This document shows positions 20,301-28,146 of a stretch of DNA of 62,493 nucleotides, in pieces. Both the position numbers and the translations under genes were made by a program. The first letter of the stretch is position 1, and each line of letters starts with the position of its first letter. The stretch is from a virus (lineage: Duplodnaviria > Caudoviricetes), in the IMG/VR virus record IMGVR_UViG_3300044527_000635, positions 1 to 62,493 of that record; one strand, given 5' to 3'. The notes under the pieces were generated by a model, which saw only the letters and a list, made by a program, of their open reading frames with translations, was not told the DNA's origin and searched no databases.

Positions 20301-22233
20301 TTTGACCAGCAGTAAGCCACTCTTCAACCGTAGGAGCGAAATTAGGCACATAACCCTTAGCCATATAAGGATTAACTCCCGTCTGATTCATTGAGCGAGA
20401 AGCTAATGAAGAAGCAGCTTTAGAACCTGCTGGAGGAAGTATAAATGGTTGACTAAAACCGGGAACATATTTTACTGTTTCAGCAGTATTCATTACTCCC
20501 CCAACAGAAGCAGGAGCATTAATTACATTACCAGCAACATATCCACCTTTAGCAGCAGAGGAAACTTCTGCTACCCTATCCTGCATAGGAATATACCCAC
20601 CGGCTTTTCCTTTAGTAACTCTTCCTTTTGTATCGGCTCCTATTCCTTGCTGCATTAAACTCTTAGCTAAAACAAGAGAAGATTTATCCATTCCCTGTAA
20701 CAAAGCAGACTGGTCTAATAAATTTTTTGTAACTTCTTTTTCTACATTGAGACGAGCCGTAGCTGACAAAGTCATTTGCTGCATTAAAGTAGGTTGCTTC
20801 GTAAGTATAGCTGAAATACCTTCTTGCAGCACTCCTTGTTGTTGAGATATAGTATTTAAACCTAAAAAACTTGAGCCAGCATCTTTTGCGAATTTACTAA
20901 ACGTAACGAAAAGCTTGCCCAAACCAATTATCCCTATCGCCACGCCGGGGCCAGTAATAAAATTAGTTATACCGCTTATAATGCCAGTTCCAATTTTCGC
21001 TCCAACGCTTTCGGAATCTTTATCATTTACAGAAGAAAGTTGGTCATTAATAAAGCCTAAAACTTTTCTAATTCCCGGAGCAACGCTTACAGAACCTACT
21101 TTAGCAGCAAACTGAGTTGCATTGGCAGTAGTTTCACTAAGCAAAGCAGATAAACTTTCGTTTAGGGCTTTATTTTTTACGATAGCTTCATCAACTGCTC
21201 TTGAAGATGCATTTGTAGCCCCAGCGAAAACAGAGTTTTCTTTAGAAAGGTCAGCTAAAGAGGCTTTTAAAATGTTAATCTGATAAACGCCACCAACTAA
21301 TTCAGCAACTTGAGATTTAACTACTGGGCTTAAGTTTTGGAAAGATTGAGAAAGGTTTTCCAATACTTTTATTGCTGGTAATGCATTCCCAGAAAGATCA
21401 GTAACTGTCACTCCAAAGTCTCTTAGGTCATTAATTACTTGAGGTCTTTCTATTCTTGTAAAAATAGTCTTTAAGGCGTTACCGATAACAGCACCACCAC
21501 GGGCAGTAGTTTGCTGAACAGAAGTTACGATACCTAGTAGTTCATCAAAGCTCACGCCAGCTTCACTGGCTGAAGAACCTACACACTGAATAGCTTCAGA
21601 AAGATCTCTTGAACTTACAGCAAATCTAGCATCAACCGCAGCCAGTTTATTAACAACTTCAGTAGTGGTAAGAGCTTCTTTTGTAAATGAGTTTACGGCA
21701 GAAGTCAGAGCCTCTGTACTAGATACTACATCGAGACCAGACAAGCGAGTAAGCACAAGAGCATCTCTTGTTCTTCTTAAGGTCTCCTCTAACCCCAAAC
21801 CTTGTCTTGAAAACTCTGTCGCCGCAGCAGCTACATCTTTAAAAGAAGAGCCAGTTTGTTTTGCGACATTAAATAATTGATCTCCAAATTGCCTAATTCC
21901 AGAAGAAGATGTATTTAATACAATATTAATATCAGTGAGTGATTTTTCTACTTCAATAGTAGAGCTTACTAATGCACTAAAAGCTTTCTGTACATTGTAA
22001 ATAACGCCAGCAGAAGCTCCGAAGGCGATAACACGGGCATTAGAAGCCTCTAAAGATTTTTGAAATTCATTAGCTTGACCAGTGATTTTGCCAAGCGGCT
22101 GACTAAAGTTCTTAGTATTTAAAGTAAGAGAGCTTTTACTTTGAATACGATTCAACGCTGCCAAAACATCTTTTTCAAGCTGGGCAGAGCCAAACGTCGC
22201 CGAAATGGGAATATTACCTGCTGATGTAGCCAT
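14332..22233 (-). CDS. Tape measure protein (TP901-family core)
   Basis: 2633 aa, Ala/Ser/Lys-rich helical sequence. Core 'FSRQGL...ALVLTRLSGLD...TARGGAVIGNALKTIFTRI', two C-terminal 'D(D/N)(V/I)PA..GGEYV.KK..V' repeats, and position downstream of the tube and chaperone genes. Confidence 0.93.
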   Translation of the reverse strand: MATSAGNIPISATFGSAQLEKDVLAALNRIQSKSSLTLNTKNFSQPLGKITGQANEFQKSLEASNARVIAFGASAGVIYNVQKAFSALVSSTIEVEKSLTDINIVLNTSSSGIRQFGDQLFNVAKQTGSSFKDVAAAATEFSRQGLGLEETLRRTRDALVLTRLSGLDVVSSTEALTSAVNSFTKEALTTTEVVNKLAAVDARFAVSSRDLSEAIQCVGSSASEAGVSFDELLGIVTSVQQTTARGGAVIGNALKTIFTRIERPQVINDLRDFGVTVTDLSGNALPAIKVLENLSQSFQNLSPVVKSQVAELVGGVYQINILKASLADLSKENSVFAGATNASSRAVDEAIVKNKALNESLSALLSETTANATQFAAKVGSVSVAPGIRKVLGFINDQLSSVNDKDSESVGAKIGTGIISGITNFITGPGVAIGIIGLGKLFVTFSKFAKDAGSSFLGLNTISQQQGVLQEGISAILTKQPTLMQQMTLSATARLNVEKEVTKNLLDQSALLQGMDKSSLVLAKSLMQQGIGADTKGRVTKGKAGGYIPMQDRVAEVSSAAKGGYVAGNVINAPASVGGVMNTAETVKYVPGFSQPFILPPAGSKAASSLASRSMNQTGVNPYMAKGYVPNFAPTVEEWLTAGQKRGQYKTAFLNADGTLGGKWTNATLNGASDSGVPIEEIRRISKNPTWLPKQAALEREVERQAAQLPPYMAQAEMLTLESPQMSGQTIQRSRGAGNVPISFKVVNLSKEALESNKVDLRAKSDSFANQLLTDFADGLPGGEKATEQSRKKYLGAVQNPAAQFAGKIFEAGVNLSKDYSREGKGGGDFDVRGGTNINKVRQLFPGFISNLGDYKLRYDDDSEASFAKKIEREFGGYIKIFEDEERAKAGSIDIAAEASKLKASGEKVTNIVKRIAPGGKKAFGFIPNFNPIQEAVAREMSAGYSSSQVKLGQNSQLKTSFNPNGLGVYNTTEGSLGNGISLAKKAGINPQTKGMAEGFIPNFADEFDLSMITVAFIAFGSQLKSLAGGFKEINTQTQNLIKSKRSEISEAGNAVKKLKTEAKSKFSFSNIDKDLNVTGPLRTSGGQMVNKKQKEEFESIKAKVEEQKAIARASAKQQSSQEYKIATASYTNLPLSLKEGGKLNNLIRSSGTGAGLAAAGALNIAEQFVPESDKKTKAAFSGAADVAQYAGLGAAFGPVGAAAGALIGVGIAAKKIVDSKAEQAIFDISTNLDKVKESSSKFSGASQTYATSLESLQNALNDPKTQPQALLKFQTSITDSLASIPNEFRGKVLAAGTDIGKVADAIARVNKEMSDAQQSLERQLAITKLVNDKTGIIAGSNLKKADSDQLNRLFTQSIDPQKVLSGFKGGAGEFGSFISNLKGQSIKTDKILEYGANPNFVGSSAPKFVERTNVDQLGLKQIRSQLESKGIFGPELAAKFEEVSKNISVENVKSLFDAIDEFGKGVFSSKEAADNLVAIQKQNIEITKKNADILKDLTQRYENLNLSLSSQIEAEKNRATTLRELNKIQAEGSVQLASARTKGALSLASPFMTEAGKTAAESSLALTDLQNKQNSEVRGALDKGLSSFTDIITKKAEDIRSKALPAVTDLSKSPEDITKELNVFNKNIQGISPLIASSLKELSAGGNIEVVKNKLIQGVSATGLFKKPEAELIAGELQNTFEGVLNELTKITEQGKFDLAIQKVNSDYQRRSVALSEKLSLAGGAAALGSTGQVGVSDLFDKLTELTSTLGQNVRVGNPTETGSGLFKLLDTISNQYGIRGGGVGAELAPLQNASITARAEQLKKENERARALTNISLIGQTGSGIQSGGALEKAFDNFNENAMSVAIDQVTSQLKLDNIGTYFDLLAQESKYANELAKTQTEILAKQAPDITKAFYDISKAEVGSKITELNRSLSEALKQLVDTQNTAELNKEIRNLLPIASVSEREKALTEIRSQMANSGMLFGSANPSASGMPMGGDAGPYNPIAYTDREKLALKLNVPLENLNSILTKLYQSQSTPTSNFPNKINTPAASSDFKFYEFNPSVGKTSSSIPAKPQSLIDAERDLAKAQEGIQIEKNKKIEEINKIYGDGNKELAAQMYLEMQIADERAKVTERLNKTKEETKRLYGSAYGDTFFKEEKAARMNSQIEDNARLGKVDVGGITEKNTTYNRADFAKDTGQLIDTFQTDFKSGIGSAFGEAIKGTKTLKDAFRDMFQGILNRMLDKSLEMGVDALFAFGKAATTGRKDGGPIKGYNSGGMVTGGSGMKDDVPAMMSGGEYVIKKSSVDKYGSDYLRNLNGGIIPRYATGGFSVGPLQNEFLYDNPDRPTSGEFAVDSRLSAMALTDDNNPQNKLRQDRYEKLDQYLQDRAQYERDKKQSLKNYKNQVNSTFYSGLTAAAVQIGAAGLTMGAESLRGRASTSAGRGLEPGGNLSQSQLNEQYAKNLRAGGGYIAKFAGGGSTGQDNIPALLMGGEYVMNKKAVDMYGKDFMGQLNSGSLPKYASGGMVGTSYSGQSNTDQSSSMDELVTALNTLNDNLSKDSGITQSESGRASLAGTAQESGMSVVNNISINMSQGGEVTSEANSTTQKGASNSKNDQNSMQNNGKLAELLRSKVVEVLVEQKRPGGLLYSSR

Positions 22234-22247
22234 ATGTCCTTAAACCT

Positions 22248-22261
22248 AAGAATAATTACAC
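22248..22261 (-). promoter_or_regulatory. GTGTAA promoter-like motif before the tape measure gene
   Basis: Minus strand reads GTGTAATTATTCTTAGGTTTAAGGACATATG. Confidence 0.55.
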
Positions 22262-23278
22262 TTAAACGCCGTGCAACTTCATTAAATCTTCAAAGCTTAA
22301 TGAGCCACCTTTTTTCTTTGCTGCATCTTCTAGAGAAACGCTTCCAGTGTTGTCTTGCTTTAACTTCTTTAAGTCTTCCTTGGTGGCTCCCATGACAGAA
22401 ACAGCTTGTACAGCAGTCTCTTTCCCGTTAGTCATGTTCTTGTCTTCGTGTAATTTTTCAAGATTGCTACTAGACTCATACCAGTCTATAATCTTGTCTA
22501 CATCATCATTATACTCATCAGGGTGTTTGATTGTAGATTTGCTCATCAAATCTTTGAAGTACCTTGCATAACCAAATAGCTCGACTTGATAAAAAGTCAG
22601 ATGAGTAATTGGTCTGCCATAAAAGAAGTAAGGATTATCCTCACACAAGTAGAAATAATTAAGGAAAAAACTGCTAACCCCAATTCTCTTTAAATTGTGG
22701 TGGCTAAATTTTCTTGCGCTTTCAGAATAATGAGAAACGAAATTAAACAACTCATATTGATCTAATTCTTCAAATTCTTCCAATGTAAAAGCATGGGTTT
22801 TGCAATCTTCATCAGAATAAACTGAGTAATAAATATAAAACTCATTCATTCTTTTGCCGCTGTATGTTTCGCAAGTATTTTCTAGAAGGTTATTTTTCTT
22901 ATTTTCAAGATCATTTATTTCTTGAGTTAATTCCTTCATTTGTATGTCTATATTGTCAAGGTCTCTACTTAGATACAACTTGCGGCGTGTTTTAACTAAA
23001 TTCGCAAGAGTCATTTTATTGTTTAGAATCTTTTGATCATCTTTTTTGCTATAAGAGCCTTCTTTAATTAGTTCTTCTATTTTTTGTTCGTTTGTGGGGA
23101 TGCCTTGAGATTTTGCTTTATTGTAATAGTGATTTTCGCGCAATTCAATAACTCCAGCATCTTTTGGAGACATGTGCTTTATAAAGTAATTTTTTTTATT
23201 TACTTCAAATGCAGAAGATCCATTTACTATTTCCCAGTAAAGAGATTTTAGATTTTTATTGAATGCTTGTAAGTCCAT
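22262..23278 (-). CDS. Tail assembly chaperone, GT-like (paralog of the upstream gene plus a C-terminal extension)
   Basis: Lies immediately before the tape measure, shares motifs with 23331..24071, and has a 'FYGRPITHLTFYQVELF' T-like segment. Confidence 0.55.
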   Translation of the reverse strand: MDLQAFNKNLKSLYWEIVNGSSAFEVNKKNYFIKHMSPKDAGVIELRENHYYNKAKSQGIPTNEQKIEELIKEGSYSKKDDQKILNNKMTLANLVKTRRKLYLSRDLDNIDIQMKELTQEINDLENKKNNLLENTCETYSGKRMNEFYIYYSVYSDEDCKTHAFTLEEFEELDQYELFNFVSHYSESARKFSHHNLKRIGVSSFFLNYFYLCEDNPYFFYGRPITHLTFYQVELFGYARYFKDLMSKSTIKHPDEYNDDVDKIIDWYESSSNLEKLHEDKNMTNGKETAVQAVSVMGATKEDLKKLKQDNTGSVSLEDAAKKKGGSLSFEDLMKLHGV

Positions 23279-23283
23279 ATACT

Positions 23284-23310
23284 AAAAAGCCCCCGCTCGC
23301 GCAGGGGCTA
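23284..23310 (-). terminator. Intrinsic terminator between the two chaperone genes
   Basis: AGCCCCTGC-GCGA-GCGGGGGCT followed by TTTT (GNRA loop). Confidence 0.8.
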
Positions 23311-23330
23311 GGATTAATTAATGCAAGAAA

Positions 23331-24071
23331 TTAGTTTATTTTTTGATCTTCTCTTAGAGCGTCAAAATCTTCTTTTGAATTTGCTCTACCAACATACCAG
23401 AAGCTAATAAGGTAAATAAACGCATTAGCGGTTTTTACTAAATGAGGATCTTCTGATTCAAAAATTTCGTCATACTTGTTCATTCGGGCTTCATAATCTC
23501 CTTCACCAAAAAATGGCTGTTTTTCCCCGTTTTTTTCATAGTATGACAAAAGTAATATCCACCAAGTAATTACTTTATTACGAGCCCTCGTTTCTGCTGT
23601 ATTATCAAAAAGAGATTCTTTTTGGACCTCTAATTCTGTTAGAGAGTTTTTAATTACAGTGATTTTCGACTCTAGTTCATTTTTCTTGGTTTCAAAATAA
23701 TCTGGGCGATCTTTCTCTGGTAGAGCTTCTAGTCTCTGTAGCTCGCCTTGAGAGTCATACAAGTCTTTGTACGCATCTGCTTCTGCATTCTTGCCCTTGT
23801 TGCCTAGGATTCCTCCATCATCAATATATCTCTTATTGAGAAGAGTGCGAGTTAGTAAACCTGCTTTTACGCCTTCAGAAAGTTTAACTCCATAAAACAA
23901 CTCGGCTTCATCAAACAAAGCTCTAGTAGGTTTCTTAATAAAATACTTATGAGGCACTGGCTTCACTACGTCTTTAGTGACAGTTACTTTTTGTCCTTCT
24001 TCGTTTACTGATTCCTCTGTCTCTTTTACAATTCCTTCTTTACTGATTGTAAATTCGTAGATTGTCTTCAT
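23331..24071 (-). CDS. Tail assembly chaperone, G-like
   Basis: 246-aa charged helical protein between the tube gene and the tape measure; assigned by synteny. Confidence 0.55.
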   Translation of the reverse strand: MKTIYEFTISKEGIVKETEESVNEEGQKVTVTKDVVKPVPHKYFIKKPTRALFDEAELFYGVKLSEGVKAGLLTRTLLNKRYIDDGGILGNKGKNAEADAYKDLYDSQGELQRLEALPEKDRPDYFETKKNELESKITVIKNSLTELEVQKESLFDNTAETRARNKVITWWILLLSYYEKNGEKQPFFGEGDYEARMNKYDEIFESEDPHLVKTANAFIYLISFWYVGRANSKEDFDALREDQKIN

Positions 24072-24289
24072 TATAAATTTATATTATTTAGATCTTCTTC
24101 AAAATTTCTGATGCTATCGTTGCCGCTGTCTAGTATTTTCTTTCTTAGACGTTGGTACTTTTCATCATTAATATTATAACCATCTTCCTTTAAATCTTCA
24201 AGTAAGATTAAGAAGTTTTTATATAAATTTACGACTTGTCGCCTATTCTTAAATAGGACATATTCTTTTAGCTTAATATCTATTGCCAT
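24071..24289 (-). CDS. Hypothetical protein
   Basis: 72 aa, TAATG-coupled to the downstream gene, with its own GTGTAA motif and AAGG leader. Confidence 0.7.
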   Translation of the reverse strand: MAIDIKLKEYVLFKNRRQVVNLYKNFLILLEDLKEDGYNINDEKYQRLRKKILDSGNDSIRNFEEDLNNINL

Positions 24290-24313
24290 ATAACCTTTGA
24301 AAAACCTTTACCT

Positions 24314-24327
24314 AATGGTATTTACAC
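24314..24327 (-). promoter_or_regulatory. GTGTAA promoter-like motif
   Basis: GTGTAAATACCATTAGGTAAAGG just downstream of a terminator. Confidence 0.5.
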
Positions 24328-24333
24328 TCTGTA

Positions 24334-24368
24334 AAAATAAAAAAGCCCCAGTTTTTAGGCTGGGGCTT
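24334..24368 (-). terminator. Intrinsic terminator after the major tail protein
   Basis: AAGCCCCAG-CCTAAAAA-CTGGGGCTT followed by TTTTATTTTT. Confidence 0.85.
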
Positions 24369-24387
24369 AGTGCGATTATTTTAAATA

Positions 24388-25569
24388 TTATACAAGAGGC
24401 AATGTTTCAAACATGAACATTCCTCTATCGGTTTGTTGAGGAGAACCAACTTGAGTAGTGAAGTTTAGTGTTACTGATTTATTAGCGCCAATTGAAGAAG
24501 ATATCTCTTGAGAATCTAGGCTCAATCTCTTGAGGACATATCCAACGCCTTCATTAGTAGCCAAATTATTGTTAGCATTAGCGGGAGCGCCCAAGATGAC
24601 GACAGCGTCATAAGTAGCATCATTATTTATTACATCAACAAGATTTCCAGTGGTAAGATCTTGAACTAGAGCATTCACGCTGAAAGAAATAGTAACTGGG
24701 AAATCAATTTCTCTAGAGAAAGCGTATTTACTACCGAGTTTTTGTAATGGAGTTCTATTTAAACCCATTGAGATAGAGAAATTTTGGATAGCAGCAGCAG
24801 TAGTGACATCTGTACCACCATAAGCTTGTCCGGCTGTCTTTGTTAGCGTAAGAGTAATATCTCCATGTCTCAATGCTGAAATTTTACCTAATGTATTTTC
24901 ACCATTAGGATTTGTAGCAGCCTGTGGCAGACAAAAGACTCCACCAGCGACTGCTCCAGCACTAGTTACACCGGGAGCGTTTCCTGAATTTCCAGCAGTA
25001 AAGTTCATATTCAAGCATTCAACGGTAGAAGAAACAGTTGGGAAATCTCCTACAGCAGCATTTATGCTATAATTAGTCAAGAAACCATTTCCTAAACCAA
25101 TTGTATTTCCTTTAGTGATATTTTCAGTAGCGTCGGGTGCAAATGTAGAAGCGTCATTGCCTTCAGTAACAGTTCTAACATAGTAATTTTTAGTGTTTAC
25201 AGTTCCACTAGTTAAGATTCCAGATAAGCAAGACTGAACAGCATTGGCAGAAGTAATGCCAGCGGTAGTAGTTTGATCTGTTATAATAGAAAAGCCTAAA
25301 TTCTTTTCATTAGCCATATCTGAAAGTAGATATGAAAAATCTAGACCAACAACTGGTTGCTCTACGATAATACGATCAATAGCAGCAAGATTGCCGAATT
25401 GATTAACATCTTTTCTCGCAATATTAAAATTATAATTACAAGATTGAACGCGAGAAAACTGGTTTATATATAAAGCTCCAGTTTGTGATGGTGTAGAAGC
25501 TGATACATCAATAAGATCATTTGTATTGAATAACGCTTCTGATTGGTAAATTACACGATTTCTTGGCAT
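24388..25569 (-). CDS. Major tail tube protein (two tandem tube subdomains)
   Basis: 393 aa between the tail terminator and chaperones, with its own upstream motif (ATGTAATAATAA, about 25594-25605) and a downstream terminator, as expected for a highly expressed gene. The strand pattern is internally repeated. Confidence 0.75.
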   Translation of the reverse strand: MPRNRVIYQSEALFNTNDLIDVSASTPSQTGALYINQFSRVQSCNYNFNIARKDVNQFGNLAAIDRIIVEQPVVGLDFSYLLSDMANEKNLGFSIITDQTTTAGITSANAVQSCLSGILTSGTVNTKNYYVRTVTEGNDASTFAPDATENITKGNTIGLGNGFLTNYSINAAVGDFPTVSSTVECLNMNFTAGNSGNAPGVTSAGAVAGGVFCLPQAATNPNGENTLGKISALRHGDITLTLTKTAGQAYGGTDVTTAAAIQNFSISMGLNRTPLQKLGSKYAFSREIDFPVTISFSVNALVQDLTTGNLVDVINNDATYDAVVILGAPANANNNLATNEGVGYVLKRLSLDSQEISSSIGANKSVTLNFTTQVGSPQQTDRGMFMFETLPLV

Positions 25570-25629
25570 ATTTTTAATCCTTTAAAATTCTGTTTATTAT
25601 TACATTTTTTATTCAGTTTTGAGAAATAA

Positions 25630-27291
25630 TTAAATTACATCAGGTATCTGCATCCAATAATCTCCATGCATTAAAATACCCTTAGTTGTGTCTTGAGGAG
25701 AACTCATTTGCCCTCCAAAAGTTAAAGTTGCTGTTTTATTCGCTCCGATTGACGAGCTAAAACTCATAGATTCTAATAGTGTAGATTTGGCCGTGTATCT
25801 AGCTCCTGTGATTCTTCCTAATGAAGAATTTTCTGTTCCGGGCTTAATGTGAGAAATTGACACATCGAAAGAAACATCTTTACCAGTAACCATAGTTAGT
25901 AGATTTCCAACAACAAGATCAGAAACCAAAACATCTACAGAAAGAGAATAATTAATTGGGAAAGTTATTTCTTTGGAAAATTCAAAAGTATTTCCTAATT
26001 TCTTTAGCGAATCTCTTTGCATGGCAATTGATAAGCTGTAGCTTTGAGCATTTAAAGAAGCTGAAGACGTATCGATACCAAAACCAGAAAGAGCATATTG
26101 ACTTAAATCAAGAACAATGCTTCCGGGTTTAAATACTGAAACATTGTTAGTCAAATCACTCGTATCATTAAAATCGGGTAAAGAGAATGTTCCATTTACT
26201 CTAGATCCATTAGAATCTAATGAAGGCAATTGATAACGTTGCCCAGCCGCAGAAGATTTAAAATTATTAGCTCCTGTGTGAAAAGAAATATTCCTAGCTT
26301 CATTGCCAACAGTAACAGTAGGGAAGTCTCCGACAGCGCCATTTGTAGCGTAATTATTCATTACAACATTTCCAAATGCAATAATCGCTTGATCTAATGT
26401 GCCAGTCGTAGCTACTGTTACGTCGTTTCCTTGAGCGACTGTCCTAACGAACATGTTTTTATCGTCAGTAACTTTCGTTAAGATCCCAGATAGGCAAGTA
26501 ACGTTGATAACGCTAGTCGTTCCTTCTGGATAGTTATTTACTAAAGTTGGAGAGAAAGCGTTGCCATTACTCGTGCCGCCAATTCCAACGTTAACTGGAA
26601 CATTAGCAATAGAAATTGTACTCGCGATTTGACTATTATTTATCCAAATCTCTCCTGATCCTCGGTTAGTTATTGAGACCCCTGTCGCTTGACCAGCAAA
26701 TAGGCCTCCCGTTGCGACACCAAAAGAAAGCACTGGAGCTACATTGGGCGCTGATTGAGGTAAAGTTAATATAAATGGATTTAAATATCCTTGACCGCCA
26801 TCGACAATAGAAGCCGCAGTTATTCCAAATTCATTATCTCCAGAAGCAACGATAGTTAAATTCACAGTAGCGCTTCTCTTGAGCGCCTGAACATTAAATC
26901 CCAATTCCTTTTCATTAGCGAAGCTATTTTGAAAGTAAGAAAAATCCAACGAAACAGTAGGCTGATCAATTATAACTCTATCAATTGCGGCCAAAGCGCC
27001 AAACTGATTTACGTCTTTCCTTGTAATATTAAAATTATAATTAATACTTTGAATACGATCTAAATTAGTAATATTTGCGGCCAAGCCGCCAGTCATTTGT
27101 GCCAAAGAAGCACTTGCCGTAGTGTTGCCTGAATTTACTGTTCGCACAGAAAGAGGGTCTAATTGACTCAATTTTTGAGTTGGGACATTTGGAGCATTAT
27201 CGCCCGTAACGAATTTATAGTGTCCACTTGTAGCTGGGCTAGGGCCAACATATAAAGCTTCATTTTGGTAAATTACTCTTGTTCTTGGCAT
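25630..27291 (-). CDS. Tail tube paralog with inserted beta-rich domain
   Basis: 'MPRTRVIYQNEAL', 'RIQSINYNFNITRKDVNQFGALAAIDR' and 'SSSIGANK' are nearly identical to 24388..25569; extra segment of roughly 110-120 aa ('IVDGGQGY...ITNRGSG'). Confidence 0.75.
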   Translation of the reverse strand: MPRTRVIYQNEALYVGPSPATSGHYKFVTGDNAPNVPTQKLSQLDPLSVRTVNSGNTTASASLAQMTGGLAANITNLDRIQSINYNFNITRKDVNQFGALAAIDRVIIDQPTVSLDFSYFQNSFANEKELGFNVQALKRSATVNLTIVASGDNEFGITAASIVDGGQGYLNPFILTLPQSAPNVAPVLSFGVATGGLFAGQATGVSITNRGSGEIWINNSQIASTISIANVPVNVGIGGTSNGNAFSPTLVNNYPEGTTSVINVTCLSGILTKVTDDKNMFVRTVAQGNDVTVATTGTLDQAIIAFGNVVMNNYATNGAVGDFPTVTVGNEARNISFHTGANNFKSSAAGQRYQLPSLDSNGSRVNGTFSLPDFNDTSDLTNNVSVFKPGSIVLDLSQYALSGFGIDTSSASLNAQSYSLSIAMQRDSLKKLGNTFEFSKEITFPINYSLSVDVLVSDLVVGNLLTMVTGKDVSFDVSISHIKPGTENSSLGRITGARYTAKSTLLESMSFSSSIGANKTATLTFGGQMSSPQDTTKGILMHGDYWMQIPDVI

Positions 27292-27297
27292 AAAATA

Positions 27298-28146
27298 TTA
27301 TGTTTGTCTTGGTTGTCTAAACTTGATCAGTTCAAAATCAATCAGCCCATAATATGAGCTAGGATTTAGATTGCTCTCTATATCTCTTACACTCGCGACT
27401 TTAGAGACAGAAACACTATCTATCATACAGTAGTCTTTTCCTGATGTTAAAGAATCGTAATTAAAGACTATTCCACTTTTAAAACTTCCTAATACATTAA
27501 AAGGATTATAAGTTGCGTCAATTAAAGGAACATTATCATAATTTCTATCTCTGAATAAAGAACAAACTGCATCTAAGGTATATTGAGAATCGGCGATCAC
27601 GATTGCTCGGAAATCCATTTTCGTTTTGTCAGTACCGCCAAAAGCCCAAGGGTCATTTGTGCTACTATTATTTTTAATAAAAACTACAGGATAAGTTATA
27701 GTATTTTCTTTAAGGCTTGACTTTAAAGACTCTGTTGAGGTCTTATTTCTTCTGACGTATTGAGTCTCAAAAAGCAAAACCTCTTCTGGCTGAGAGGTTA
27801 ATAATACATTAAATTCTTTAACTGAGTAAGTTCCTGAAACAGTAAGAGACCCAGAAGCTAAATAGATTTGCCCTTCTGAATAATTAATGCCGCTAACTGG
27901 GTTTTGACCTAAATTATAATTTGCTCCACCGATACTAACCCCAGTCATTACTGTAGCGCCAGATATAGAAGTATCATAAACTAATCCTTTATAAGGTCCA
28001 TTGTATGCATAGAACCCATTGACGTAAGATGAGTTGGCAGGAAAAGCACTTGTGACATTATAATAAGCCTCGCCTTTAGATAATAGAGTATGGTCAAACC
28101 ACATTAGGAACGAAGAAGATATTTGGTTATCAAATTGGGGTTTCAT
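27298..28146 (-). CDS. Tail terminator/completion-like protein
   Basis: Synteny (last neck gene before the tube genes) and 'TYPVVFIK...AFGG...DFRAIVIADSQYTLDAVCSLF'. Confidence 0.55.
   Translation of the reverse strand: MKPQFDNQISSSFLMWFDHTLLSKGEAYYNVTSAFPANSSYVNGFYAYNGPYKGLVYDTSISGATVMTGVSIGGANYNLGQNPVSGINYSEGQIYLASGSLTVSGTYSVKEFNVLLTSQPEEVLLFETQYVRRNKTSTESLKSSLKENTITYPVVFIKNNSSTNDPWAFGGTDKTKMDFRAIVIADSQYTLDAVCSLFRDRNYDNVPLIDATYNPFNVLGSFKSGIVFNYDSLTSGKDYCMIDSVSVSKVASVRDIESNLNPSSYYGLIDFELIKFRQPRQT

Noticed and set aside
23279-23345. Programmed G/GT frameshift at the end of 23331..24071 (CAA AAA ATA AAC TAA)
   Set aside because: There is no canonical in-frame slippery heptamer. The -1 frame stops at TAA within the spacer, and the frame of the downstream gene has TAA immediately and TAG two codons before its ATG.
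24388-27291. Contractile tail or extracellular contractile injection system
   Set aside because: No sheath or wedge genes are recognisable, while lambda-like M/L/K/I/J plus capsid, portal and terminase indicate a siphovirus.
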